Shown: positions 24,587-32,000, counted from the stretch's first letter. The stretch is 32,000 nt of DNA from Nostoc sp. PCC 7120 = FACHB-418 (GCF_000009705.1 NC_003272.1:4740001-4772000); one strand, 5' to 3'. Numbers and translations: made by a program. The notes: generated from the sequence alone by a model not told the origin.

Positions 24587-24863
24587 TAGCCCAATTCCCA
24601 GCTTCTGGAAAATTCAGGAAGCCGAATTATTAACATATTTTTTTAATAAATATCCAATTAACACTAATTAAATAAAATTTAATAACTTGCTAAATAAGTA
24701 CAATATTTGACGAATTTTTTATTGTCAATATTCCCCAAGTATCATTATAAAATCCCCCAATAGGGCATTGAAAACAAAAGAAAAATAGTGTTTTTTATTA
24801 GTTTGATGCCTGAATGACATTATTTTTATTGTGTGAAATAACACGTTAGTTACGGGGCGAATC

Positions 24864-25784
24864 ATGCATATTCCTGATGGATTTGTGTCTGTGCCGGTGG
24901 CAGGCGCAACGAGTTTGGTAAGTTTGGCAGGACTATTGGTTGCTAGTGGGCGATCGCAAACAGCTTTTGGTATTCGTCGCGCCCCCATCCTGGGCTTAAC
25001 CACCGCCTTTATTTTTGCGGCGCAAATGATTAATTTCCCGGTAGCAGGGGGAACCAGTGGTCACTTGCTCGGAGGTACTTTAGCTGCGATCGTTTTAGGT
25101 AGCCCCTGGGCTGGCTCTTTGTGCATCGCCACAGTCTTAATTATCCAGGCGGTGCTGTTCGCTGACGGTGGGATCACTGCCTTGGGAGCAAATATATTAA
25201 ACATGGGATTCATTGGCGTTTGGGTAGGCTGGATGTTAACCCAAACCTTGCAAAGGCTATTTGGCGGCTCTAAAGCACGTTTACCCTTAGCGGCTGGTAT
25301 AGCGGCGGCCGTGAGTGTCGTAGTAGCAGCGATCGCCTGTGCTATTGAGTTAGTCATTTCTGGGACTGCATCCATAGCTGTGTTACCTGCTATGACTGGT
25401 GTTCATATTTTGATTGGTATTGGTGAAGGCCTAATTACTGGCGGTGTATTAACTTATCTAGCCAAAGCCAGGCCAGATTTGTTACCAGGAGAACAAGAAG
25501 AATTTCGCGGTTGGTTAGTGCCTGTTGTTAGCATAGTCTTAGTAGCTGGTGCATTGTCATTGCTAGCCTCAGCTTGGCCTGATGGCTTAGAAAGAGTGGC
25601 AGAAGACTTGGGATTTATCAAACTAAGTGAAGAAGTCAGAATATCTGTACCGACACCGTTAGCAGACTATGGTATTGAGGGTTTAGGAGCAATTGGGACG
25701 AGTATTGCTGGACTTCTGGGGGCTGCGGTTTGCTTTGCTGTTGCTTTTGGAATTGCCAAAGTAGTGAGACCAAAGAATGCTTAA
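24864..25784 (+). CDS. nikMN: Fused NikM-NikN-type ECF metal (probably nickel) substrate-capture component: CbiM/NikM domain plus C-terminal PDGLE domain.
   Basis: It starts directly with MHIPDGFVS (a NikM-type N-terminus with no leader). GGTSGHLLGGTL and LFADGGITALGAN are present. The C-terminal extension carries SAWPDGLERVAEDLGF and a final TM helix. Confidence 0.8.
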   Translation: MHIPDGFVSVPVAGATSLVSLAGLLVASGRSQTAFGIRRAPILGLTTAFIFAAQMINFPVAGGTSGHLLGGTLAAIVLGSPWAGSLCIATVLIIQAVLFADGGITALGANILNMGFIGVWVGWMLTQTLQRLFGGSKARLPLAAGIAAAVSVVVAAIACAIELVISGTASIAVLPAMTGVHILIGIGEGLITGGVLTYLAKARPDLLPGEQEEFRGWLVPVVSIVLVAGALSLLASAWPDGLERVAEDLGFIKLSEEVRISVPTPLADYGIEGLGAIGTSIAGLLGAAVCFAVAFGIAKVVRPKNA

Positions 25785-26439
25785 AATGGCTTTGCCGTTA
25801 CGTTTACATCTATCCCTGGTGATTGTTGTAGGGACAGCCTTACTCAAGCATCATACTTGGTATTGGTTGGGCGCGTATGCTGCGATCGCCTTAATTTGGG
25901 TAGCAGTATTGCGTGTATCCTTACCCAAATTAGGAGGATTGGTAGGTACAGAATTAATCTTCTTATCAGTAGTAGCATTGCCTTTGGGATGGGAAAGAGC
26001 GAGTTTTTTGCTGATTCGCTCTCTAGTATGTTTAATCGCCATGAATAGCTTTCTGTTAACCCTACCACCCCACAGTTTTGGCATCGCCTTGAAAAGCTTA
26101 CCCGTACCCAGCGCATTAAAAGAAAATTTACTTTTGACTGGGCAATACTTAGAAATTTTGCTGTCGGAAGTCACACGTATGCAGCGTAGCGCCCAATTAA
26201 GAGGATTAAAAGGTGCAGGTGGCTGGTTACGCTACGCTAGTGCAGCTATGATTGGCACTTTGTATATCCGTAGCCTGGAAAGAGCAGAACGAGTATACGC
26301 TGCAATGGTAATTCGTGGTTATAACGGCCAGTTACCCATAGATTTTACTTTTAAAGCAAAAGAACGCTTTGCCCTAACATTCGCTTGGGCGATCGCTGCT
26401 TTTTTCACCCTCACCTCCTATCTTTCAAGTGCTGAGTGA
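25777..26439 (+). CDS. nikQ: ECF transporter T component (NikQ/CbiQ-like, short form).
   Basis: 8-nt overlap with the preceding gene. The polytopic protein has the segment MQRSAQLRGLKGAGG, and its operon position fits. Confidence 0.75.
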   Translation: MLKMALPLRLHLSLVIVVGTALLKHHTWYWLGAYAAIALIWVAVLRVSLPKLGGLVGTELIFLSVVALPLGWERASFLLIRSLVCLIAMNSFLLTLPPHSFGIALKSLPVPSALKENLLLTGQYLEILLSEVTRMQRSAQLRGLKGAGGWLRYASAAMIGTLYIRSLERAERVYAAMVIRGYNGQLPIDFTFKAKERFALTFAWAIAAFFTLTSYLSSAE

Positions 26440-26445
26440 ATAACT

Positions 26446-26631
26446 TAGGACTTACCCACGAAAACGAAAGATCAAGGGTTTGGACAAGGGTGTAGGGGTA
26501 TAAATGTTTGAAACCTGTACACACGCCAGTTTGTACCCTGGGGGAACGCTTAAAAGCAAACAAGTCGGGAGACCCGCCCACGCAACTGGCTCCCCTATAC
26601 CCTTACCCCCTTACACCCGGTCTCAGTCCTA
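26446..26631. mobile_element. 186-bp MITE inserted between nikQ and nikO.
   Basis: Terminal inverted repeats are TAGGACT (26446-26452) and AGTCCTA (26625-26631). The flanking 5-bp direct repeat TAACT (26441-26445 and 26632-26636) looks like a target-site duplication. Internal arms are GGGTGTAGGGGTATA and TATACCCTTACCCCCTTACACCC. The core AAGTCGGGAGACCCGCCCACGCAACTGGCTCCCC is shared with 10566-10823 and 5234-5310. Confidence 0.75.
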
Positions 26632-26677
26632 TAACTATCATTTATCCCCAATTCCCCAAAATAGAGAGTAATAAATT

Positions 26678-27442
26678 TTGAAATCTCTGACTCCTCACCC
26701 CCACTCCTCCAGCCGTAATTCCCATCAAGCCGTTGTCCAGGTAGAGAACTTGGTTTACGCTTATCCTCACCAAGAACCAGTTCTGCAAAATATTTCTTTT
26801 ACTTTAAATACCGGCGATCGCGTGGCGTTGATGGGTGCAACCGGTTCTGGTAAAAGTACCTTATTAGAAAACCTCATCGGCATCAAACAACCGCAATCAG
26901 GCAAAATCTGGATTAATGATATTTCCTTAGAACCCCAGACGCTACCTCAAGTAAGGCGATACATCGGCTTTGGCTTTCAAGATGCCAATGACCAATTATT
27001 CATGCCCACCATCTTAGAAGATATTACCTTTGGCCCGCTTAACTATGGCGTACCAGCCGCAATAGCAAGGGATCAAGCACGGCAGTTATTAGCGGATTTC
27101 GGTCTAGAAGCTTATGCTAACCGTTCAGCGCACGAACTTTCTGGTGGACAAAGACGACTTGCCGCCCTAGCCGCTATTTTGGCACTAGAGCCTGCTATTT
27201 TAATTTTAGATGAACCCACTACTGGGCTTGATCCAGCATGGCGAAGACACTTAGCCAGAGTTCTATTCAATTTGCCCGTGCAAGTAATGTTAATAGCCTC
27301 CCATGAACTACATTGGTTAGGAAAAGTCACCCAACGCGCCCTAGTACTATCCAATGGACGCATTCAACTAGACAACGAAATTCAGCCACTATTGCAAAAT
27401 GGAGAAATTCTAGAGCAGTTAGGTTTGCCAATAGATTGGTAA
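26678..27442 (+). CDS. nikO: ECF transporter ATPase (NikO/CbiO-like).
   Basis: Walker A GATGSGKSTLL, signature LSGGQRRLAALA, Walker B ILILDEPTTGLD, and ASHE. There is no in-frame ATG or GTG before Walker A. The start is inferred as TTG 26678, directly after an in-frame TAA, with AGAGAG 9 nt upstream. Confidence 0.85.
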   Translation: MKSLTPHPHSSSRNSHQAVVQVENLVYAYPHQEPVLQNISFTLNTGDRVALMGATGSGKSTLLENLIGIKQPQSGKIWINDISLEPQTLPQVRRYIGFGFQDANDQLFMPTILEDITFGPLNYGVPAAIARDQARQLLADFGLEAYANRSAHELSGGQRRLAALAAILALEPAILILDEPTTGLDPAWRRHLARVLFNLPVQVMLIASHELHWLGKVTQRALVLSNGRIQLDNEIQPLLQNGEILEQLGLPIDW

Positions 27443-27479
27443 ATCAGGCATGAGGCAAGTAGATAAGAAGCAGGGGAAA

Positions 27480-27514
27480 GAACTAATGACAACTGACAAC
27501 TGACAACTGACTAA
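27480..27514 (+). repeat. STRR heptamer array (TGACAAC)x3 plus TGACTAA abutting a start codon.
   Basis: The sequence aactaaTGACAACTGACAACTGACAACTGACTAA is followed directly by ATG at 27515. Confidence 0.9.
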
Positions 27515-28330
27515 ATGATTAAACTACTCGTATTAGATATAGATGGCACAATTTCGGGAGAGTCGAACACCATCAGCACCTCTGTCAAGCAAGCGATCGC
27601 CGCAGTGCAAGCACGAGGTATTCAAGTGGCGATCGCTACTGGAAGGATGTATCGTTCGGCACTCCGCTTTCATCAAGATATTAACTCTACTTTGCCCCTA
27701 GCCGCTTATCAAGGAGCCTGGATTCAAGACCCATCTGACCAAAAAATCCATCAACATCTACCCGTAAGTAGAGAAACTGCCGAGCAATTATTAGATTATT
27801 TTGAACAGCCACAATGGCGATCGCTTTTATCGATTCATTTCTACATTAATGATCAACTCTACGTGCGGGAAGTCACCCAAGAGACTGCAACTTACGCACA
27901 ACGTTCTGGCATTACTCCCATTGCTGTAGGTGATTTGCGCCAAACTTTAACTAATGCACCCACAAAAATTTTAGCCTTGTGTGATGACACAGAGGTAATC
28001 AGCAACCTCTTGGGCAGTTTGCGCCTACAATACACACCTGCTGAACTTTATCTCACCACATCCGTTGCTACTTTCTTTGAAGCCACTAACGCCAGTGTCA
28101 ACAAGGGTAATGCTGTACGTTACCTAGCTGAAGACTTACTAGGCTTACAAAGCGCTAATGTTATGTGCATTGGCGATAACTTCAATGATTTGGAAATGCT
28201 GGAATACGCTGGTATTGGTATCGCTATGGGAAACGCTCCCGCAGGAGTGCAGGCGATCGCTCAATGGGTAGCCCCTACTGTCGAAGAGGATGGGGCTGCT
28301 GTTGCAATTGAAAAATTTCTACTTTCGTAA
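27515..28330 (+). CDS. Cof-type HAD-IIB family hydrolase (sugar-phosphatase-like).
   Basis: Motif I LLVLDIDGTI, motif II ATGR, and motif IV GDNFNDLEMLEYAGIGIAMGNA. Confidence 0.88.
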   Translation: MIKLLVLDIDGTISGESNTISTSVKQAIAAVQARGIQVAIATGRMYRSALRFHQDINSTLPLAAYQGAWIQDPSDQKIHQHLPVSRETAEQLLDYFEQPQWRSLLSIHFYINDQLYVREVTQETATYAQRSGITPIAVGDLRQTLTNAPTKILALCDDTEVISNLLGSLRLQYTPAELYLTTSVATFFEATNASVNKGNAVRYLAEDLLGLQSANVMCIGDNFNDLEMLEYAGIGIAMGNAPAGVQAIAQWVAPTVEEDGAAVAIEKFLLS

Positions 28331-28485
28331 GCCTACTTGATTAATTTTTGTAAAGTGCAGAATTAATATTTCCGCAGAACCTAGATACCGAAAAGTTCTT
28401 TTGTTGTTTAGATTCTAAAAAAGTTAAATTTTGAAGTAGCGCAGGAGTTATAGACAAACCCACCGAAAAAACCCTATAAATCAGA

Positions 28486-28551
28486 AAGAACACCGACGAC
28501 TGGCCGTGTTTCGTCTCGGTGTTCTTGCTGGTTCGCTCCTCACACACCAGC
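28486..28551 (-). terminator. Two adjacent hairpins between convergent genes, probably the terminator of the DALR-domain gene.
   Basis: AAGAACACCGA (28486-28496) pairs with TCGGTGTTCTT (28516-28526), with 3 more bp after a 1-nt bulge. GCTGGT (28527-28532) pairs with ACCAGC (28546-28551). On the minus strand a T-rich tail follows: TCTGATTTATAGGGTTTTTTCGG. Confidence 0.4.
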
Positions 28552-28658
28552 TAATATATCCGACATTAGGTAATGCGTCAATACCTAGTTATAAAAGTTT
28601 TTATTGTCTCTTTGAATAACAAGATTTAGACAAAAATTACGCCCAAACCCTCCCAAAT

Positions 28659-29534
28659 TTAAAGTTCAAGGGGGGCAACACTCCCGAACTTTTTTACCAG
28701 TAAAACTCTCAATACCGTTTGAGTAGCCAAAATTAATCCCAGTCTGGCTTGAGTGACTTCTGGCAACGTAGTTTTGACTTCCCCCCAAATACGACACTGG
28801 CTCCAAAAAGTGGTAAAAGCTTGGCTTAAATCTGACCCTAATTTTTCCCAATTCATGGCCTTATTATCATGAGGAAATATCAAACTATCTACTACTTCTA
28901 TTAACTCAGAAATTAAACAGCTTTCTGCTGGGTGATTGAGGCGAATTTTTGTCTCACTATTCAACCAAGGTATTTGCATCGTTGATACCAAACTACCCAG
29001 CGACAGCCCTTGCCAGTTATCTGGTAATGGTTCCCTAAATGGAATTAATCCTCCACGTTGAGCTAGCAATATTAACGAACAACAACGTGCATGAGTGTAC
29101 TGCATTGCAAACAAACGAGCAGGGTTAATCGTTGCAATCCTCTCATCTTTCTTTGTGTCCCTATCATCTCCTAAACCCCCCAGTGCCAGATTTTGCAACC
29201 AAGCTGCTAACAAAGAGTCAGCCAATTCTAGATGAATCCAACCCGGAGAAACAATCCGCACCAGTAAGTTTTCTTTACATATAGTTAATAACCGGGAGGT
29301 AATAACACTGGCTATCTCCATTGGATCTCGATTATGAGATTTTGCCAGTCGCAGAGCTACCCCGCAAATATATAAAATTTGTTGACTATCTCTACCTTTA
29401 TATAGAGGAATTTTTGCTTTTATTGTGCTTTGCTGTTGCTGATGATAGTTAAAGCTATCCACAACCACTAGTAAGTAGCTGTATAGTAACTGTCTAATTG
29501 CCGTATTTTTACTTACTAGTAGAGGATGATACAC
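28659..29534 (-). CDS. DALR anticodon-binding-domain protein: an arginyl-tRNA synthetase paralogue that lacks the catalytic core.
   Basis: GTG start. Residues ~55-115 (YICGVALRLAKSHNRDPMEIASVITSRLL...VRIVSPGWIHLELAD) resemble the ArgRS N-terminal domain. The C-terminal half (LFAMQYTHARCCSLILLAQ..., ...ARLGLILATQTVLRVLLVKKFGSVAPLEL) resembles the DALR domain and the ArgRS C-terminus. The 291 aa contain no HIGH or KMSKS-like motif. Confidence 0.7.
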   Translation of the reverse strand: MYHPLLVSKNTAIRQLLYSYLLVVVDSFNYHQQQQSTIKAKIPLYKGRDSQQILYICGVALRLAKSHNRDPMEIASVITSRLLTICKENLLVRIVSPGWIHLELADSLLAAWLQNLALGGLGDDRDTKKDERIATINPARLFAMQYTHARCCSLILLAQRGGLIPFREPLPDNWQGLSLGSLVSTMQIPWLNSETKIRLNHPAESCLISELIEVVDSLIFPHDNKAMNWEKLGSDLSQAFTTFWSQCRIWGEVKTTLPEVTQARLGLILATQTVLRVLLVKKFGSVAPLEL

Positions 29535-29664
29535 TTGGTTTTTATGAGGGGCTAAGTTTCATAAAATACCTGATAAGTTGTCATCTGCCATAGGGTAGAA
29601 TATTGTTTTTATCGAAGAAAAATGAGAATAGCATAAAATTTGATAAATATTCGATGAATAATAT

Positions 29665-29678
29665 GTAAACTTTACTAC
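29665..29678 (+). promoter_or_regulatory. Perfect NtcA-binding consensus GTA-N8-TAC upstream of the Crp-family (devH-like) gene.
   Basis: GTAAACTTTACTAC has GTA at 29665-29667 and TAC at 29676-29678. A -10-like TATAAC at 29699-29704 lies about 20 nt downstream. This geometry is close to class II NtcA-activated promoters. Confidence 0.55.
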
Positions 29679-29844
29679 CATCATTGTACAGTAGGAAGTA
29701 TAACAAAATAGTAGAGCGCAAATAGCCCTCTGCTTTTTGGATGGCTGACGCTGTTAGGCGTTAAGCCTACCTCAAAAAACACAAAGACACTCCTTGCACC
29801 TTTTTATTACGTCTTTGTCTTCAGCCGAACGCTCTTTGTTACCT

Positions 29845-30564
29845 ATGCAATCTCCATCCTCCTTTTCTGAGGCATCACGCCCTTTTTTGACTTGGCAACG
29901 CATTCTTGACTGGGCTCAAGAACACTATCGCTGCCGTACCTTTAGCAAAGATGAGCGCATTCCAGCAAGACCTGGTTTGCTTTATTTAGTGCAGAGAGGT
30001 GCGATCCGCATGGTAGGAACCGCCCAGGTTAGTGCTACTGCAAGTCAATTGACTTCTCGACGGATCAACAGAACCCCAGAAGAAGCTTTCTTGGGATTTG
30101 TGGGCGCGGGACAACCGTTTGAAATTGTGGCTCAGTCTCCTTTCACGCTCCAGTCCTACGCTCACGTTGACCAAACCGCCGTACTGTGGATGTATTGGCA
30201 CGATCTAGATAACTGGCCTCACTTCCGGCGTGAAGTGATGGATGCTTTCAGATACCAACACCAGCGTAAGTTGCTGTGGCTTAGTGCCTTGGGACAACGG
30301 CGTACAATTGACAGACTCTTAGGATTCCTCACCCTATTGATTGAGGAATATGGAGAACCAGCCATGAGCGACACTGATCCCGATGTCATTCGTGGTTATT
30401 GTTTGCCTTTCCCCTTAACCCATGCTCAAATTGGTAGCGCGATCGGTTCAACTCGTGTAACCGTTACTCGTTTAATGGGTAAGTTGCGTCAGCGTGGCTT
30501 AATCCTTACTCAAGGGGATAACTTGATTTGTTTGCCAGCAGAGTCAATCAACAGAGCTAGCTAA
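29845..30564 (+). CDS. devH: Crp/Fnr-family transcriptional regulator, probably DevH (heterocyst development).
   Basis: C-terminal HTH THAQIGSAIGSTRVTVTRLMGKLRQRGLI, with an N-terminal cNMP-binding-like barrel (LLYLVQRGAIRMVG). I prefer ATG 29845 (MQSPSS...) over the track's TTG 29794. The DevH name rests on remembered synteny (devH next to a convergent LysR gene in PCC 7120) and the NtcA box. Confidence 0.7.
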   Translation: MQSPSSFSEASRPFLTWQRILDWAQEHYRCRTFSKDERIPARPGLLYLVQRGAIRMVGTAQVSATASQLTSRRINRTPEEAFLGFVGAGQPFEIVAQSPFTLQSYAHVDQTAVLWMYWHDLDNWPHFRREVMDAFRYQHQRKLLWLSALGQRRTIDRLLGFLTLLIEEYGEPAMSDTDPDVIRGYCLPFPLTHAQIGSAIGSTRVTVTRLMGKLRQRGLILTQGDNLICLPAESINRAS

Positions 30565-30698
30565 AGCTTCATTGACTGTTTATAGGGCATCTACGGTTGG
30601 GAACTACCACTCTGCCAACCAGCAATAGCAGATTTTGGTACATTTTAACGGTCAAGCTCCGCTTATCAGTTCCTACCCCCCGATCAGTCAGCAGTAAG

Positions 30699-30763
30699 TC
30701 GTCGCCAGCAACACTCACTTACTGCTCAGTCTCATCAATCTGTTTGACCACCACAAACAGATT
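30699..30763. other. Two consecutive perfect 10-bp-stem hairpins in the long devH-rbcR intergenic region.
   Basis: AGCAGTAAGT pairs with ACTTACTGCT (~30700-30727). AATCTGTTTG (30737-30746) pairs with CAAACAGATT (30754-30763). A T-rich run (gtttttgttt) lies ~15 nt further on. Confidence 0.4.
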
Positions 30764-31188
30764 GTGTAATCGGGCAAGTTTTTGTTTAAAAGCTTCAGTG
30801 TTCATTTTTTAGCCATCTACAGAGACATTTAGAGAAGAAGATGAGTTCTCAGTATTGAGTGATTTATTTCCCTTCGGTTTGCACCAAAAGCCAAGGGCAA
30901 TGTCAACATCGAAGAACCCATCTATGGGATATATGATTTTTCATCGCTTTAAGTATTTATTATCTGACTGGCTCGAATTCAAATCCAGTGCGAGAGTAGG
31001 AACAAGTCACTATTTTAACAAGCTGAACTAGGACATTGCGATCGCTTGATCCCGTTTAAACTAATTACACTAGAGAGCTAAAGAGAGGGCTGGTTGGACT
31101 CTAACAAGTTTATATTGCGTTCCTACGGGAGTGATTAGCGCCACATAGTATATTAATGTCCTCACCATTAGGTGTTCTCGTAGAATAA

Positions 31189-31224
31189 GCTAGCGCCAAC
31201 AAGGAAAAATCCCTTAGCGCTAGC
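31189..31224 (-). terminator. Hairpin just downstream of the LysR gene stop.
   Basis: GCTAGCGC (31189-31196) pairs with GCGCTAGC (31217-31224). On the minus strand it is followed by TTATTCT. It lies 47 nt after the stop at 31271. Confidence 0.35.
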
Positions 31225-31270
31225 ATTTCTGTTGAGGAGAAGATTACTTTGGCTCACTAAGAACCAAATG

Positions 31271-32000
31271 TTAGCCATCATCGGAAGTGTTGGGAATGGC
31301 TGCATCTAGTACATTTACCACTAGTTTTTTTTGCGCCAGTTTTAACACATCTTGATTCCAGTCAGGAGTAGCGAACTGTGGTAATATCTCTTGGCTAAAA
31401 GCTTCTGCTGCTTTGGATCTGTAACGATTAGGATTGAAAATTAGCCACAGTGTCCGTTTAATGACTACACCGTCAATGGGGGTGCAGTGGAGTACACCCA
31501 TCTGTAATTCTTTAGCGATCGCACTAGTGGAAACAAAAGCTGCACCTAAACCCGACTGCACAGCATTTTTAATTGCTTCAATGGAATTTAACTCCATTTC
31601 AATCTTAAACCGCCTAGTATCAATCTCACTGCGAGATAGGACTTGATCGATAACTTTGCGTATTGTTGACTGAGAATCTAAAGTAATGAATTGTAATTTG
31701 TATAAATCTTCTTTTTGAATGGTGTCCAATTTGGTGAAGGGGTGAAACACTGGAAGAATGAGGGCTAGTTCATCTTCGGCATAGGGAATGATTTCCAAAG
31801 ATTCTGTTAGTTCCCCAGGAATTTCTCCTCCGATAATTGCCAAATCCACTTGTCCGTTAGCCACACTCCAAGCAGTGCGCCGAGTCGAATGGACGTGCAG
31901 TTGTACTGCCACATCAGGGTACTTCTGCCGGAACATCCCAATCATTTTGGGCAGAAGGTATGTTCCAGTGGTTTGAGAAGCACCAACAATTAAAGTACCT
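31271..32000 (-). CDS. rbcR: LysR-family transcriptional regulator (RbcR/Ycf30/PacR type). The N-terminal HTH part lies beyond the window.
   Basis: The track starts this ORF at Met 31945, but the frame stays open to the window edge. Codons 31946-31999 read [18 protein letters not shown] upstream of [12 protein letters not shown]. The visible part is the LysR substrate-binding domain ([17 protein letters not shown]). From memory the sequence is strongly reminiscent of cyanobacterial RbcR/Ycf30. Confidence 0.85.
   Translation of the reverse strand, partial: GTLIVGASQTTGTYLLPKMIGMFRQKYPDVAVQLHVHSTRRTAWSVANGQVDLAIIGGEIPGELTESLEIIPYAEDELALILPVFHPFTKLDTIQKEDLYKLQFITLDSQSTIRKVIDQVLSRSEIDTRRFKIEMELNSIEAIKNAVQSGLGAAFVSTSAIAKELQMGVLHCTPIDGVVIKRTLWLIFNPNRYRSKAAEAFSQEILPQFATPDWNQDVLKLAQKKLVVNVLDAAIPNTSDDG

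Noticed and set aside
22020-26174. Alternative-frame and antisense ORFs within the ECF genes (22020-22259, 22240-22443, 23197-23400, 24725-25003, 25061-25375, 25844-26116, 25851-26174, 25857-26048).
   Set aside because: Each overlaps a CDS with strong family motifs (CbiM, CbiQ, NikMN, NikQ). None has a motif of its own.
11145-27514. The possibility that the short tandem repeats (heptamer arrays) are CRISPR arrays.
   Set aside because: The units are 7 nt long and directly tandem with no spacers. This is the STRR class typical of heterocystous cyanobacteria, not CRISPR.
28341-28547. ORF 28341-28547 (-), 68 aa.
   Set aside because: It overlaps the terminator-like hairpins between convergent genes and has no SD or motif.
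29794-29844. The longer TTG-initiated N-terminus (MHLFITSLSSAERSLLP) for the DevH-like gene.
   Set aside because: The ATG at 29845 gives a typical Crp-family length (~240 aa), and the extension has no conserved character. I kept it only as an alternative.
30597-30812. ORF 30597-30812 (+), 71 aa.
   Set aside because: It has a non-ATG start, is Ser/Thr/Leu-rich and low-complexity, and spans three hairpins in the intergenic region. It is unlikely to be coding.
30965-31005. tRNA-like T-loop string (ggctcgaattcaaatccagtgcgag).
   Set aside because: TTCAAATCC resembles a T-loop. However, the flanking bases do not form a T-stem, and no acceptor, D or anticodon arms can be drawn. It is not a tRNA, and at most an att-like fragment, which I cannot support.

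Overview
This window looks like chromosomal DNA from a filamentous, heterocyst-forming cyanobacterium of the Nostoc/Anabaena type. Two signatures support that. I counted about 28 exact copies of the HIP1 palindrome GCGATCGC by eye. Heptameric STRR tandem repeats (CCCCAAT, TGACAAC/GTCAGTT and similar) sit at gene boundaries and also inside one gene.

Gene content, left to right:
- 1-2331 (-): an edge-truncated ORF for a TerB-like/dynamin-like GTPase. The supplied ORF track omits it.
- 2.3-5.6 kb: an AT-rich, gene-poor stretch with only small orphan ORFs.
- 5.6-10.4 kb: a peptidoglycan-binding protein, a rhomboid protease, a secreted hypothetical protein, and a large GHL10-type glycoside hydrolase fused to a pepsin-like two-lobe aspartic protease domain.
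- 10.9-15.9 kb: cobB/cbiA, the HU gene, cobD, and a flavoprotein disulfide-reductase homologue that lacks its redox residues.
- 16.2-17.2 kb: an orphan BtuF/FhuD-type binding lipoprotein.
- 17.5-21.4 kb (-): a four-gene metal cluster. It encodes a Tat-exported two-domain multicopper oxidase, a lipoprotein, a DPSL/bacterioferritin-like protein and an FTR1 iron permease.
- 21.8-27.4 kb: two tandem ECF metal importers, CbiMNQO followed by Nik(MN)QO.
- 27.5-32.0 kb: a Cof-type HAD hydrolase, an arginyl-tRNA-synthetase-derived protein with no catalytic core, a Crp-family regulator I believe is DevH (preceded by a perfect NtcA box), and an edge-truncated LysR regulator (RbcR/PacR type).

Several MITE-like dispersed repeats interrupt the intergenic regions.

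From memory, the gene order matches Anabaena sp. PCC 7120 alr3934-all3953 (hanA asr3935, all3940, devH alr3952, pacR all3953). I could not verify this here.

All domain calls come from motif recognition by eye. No searches were run.
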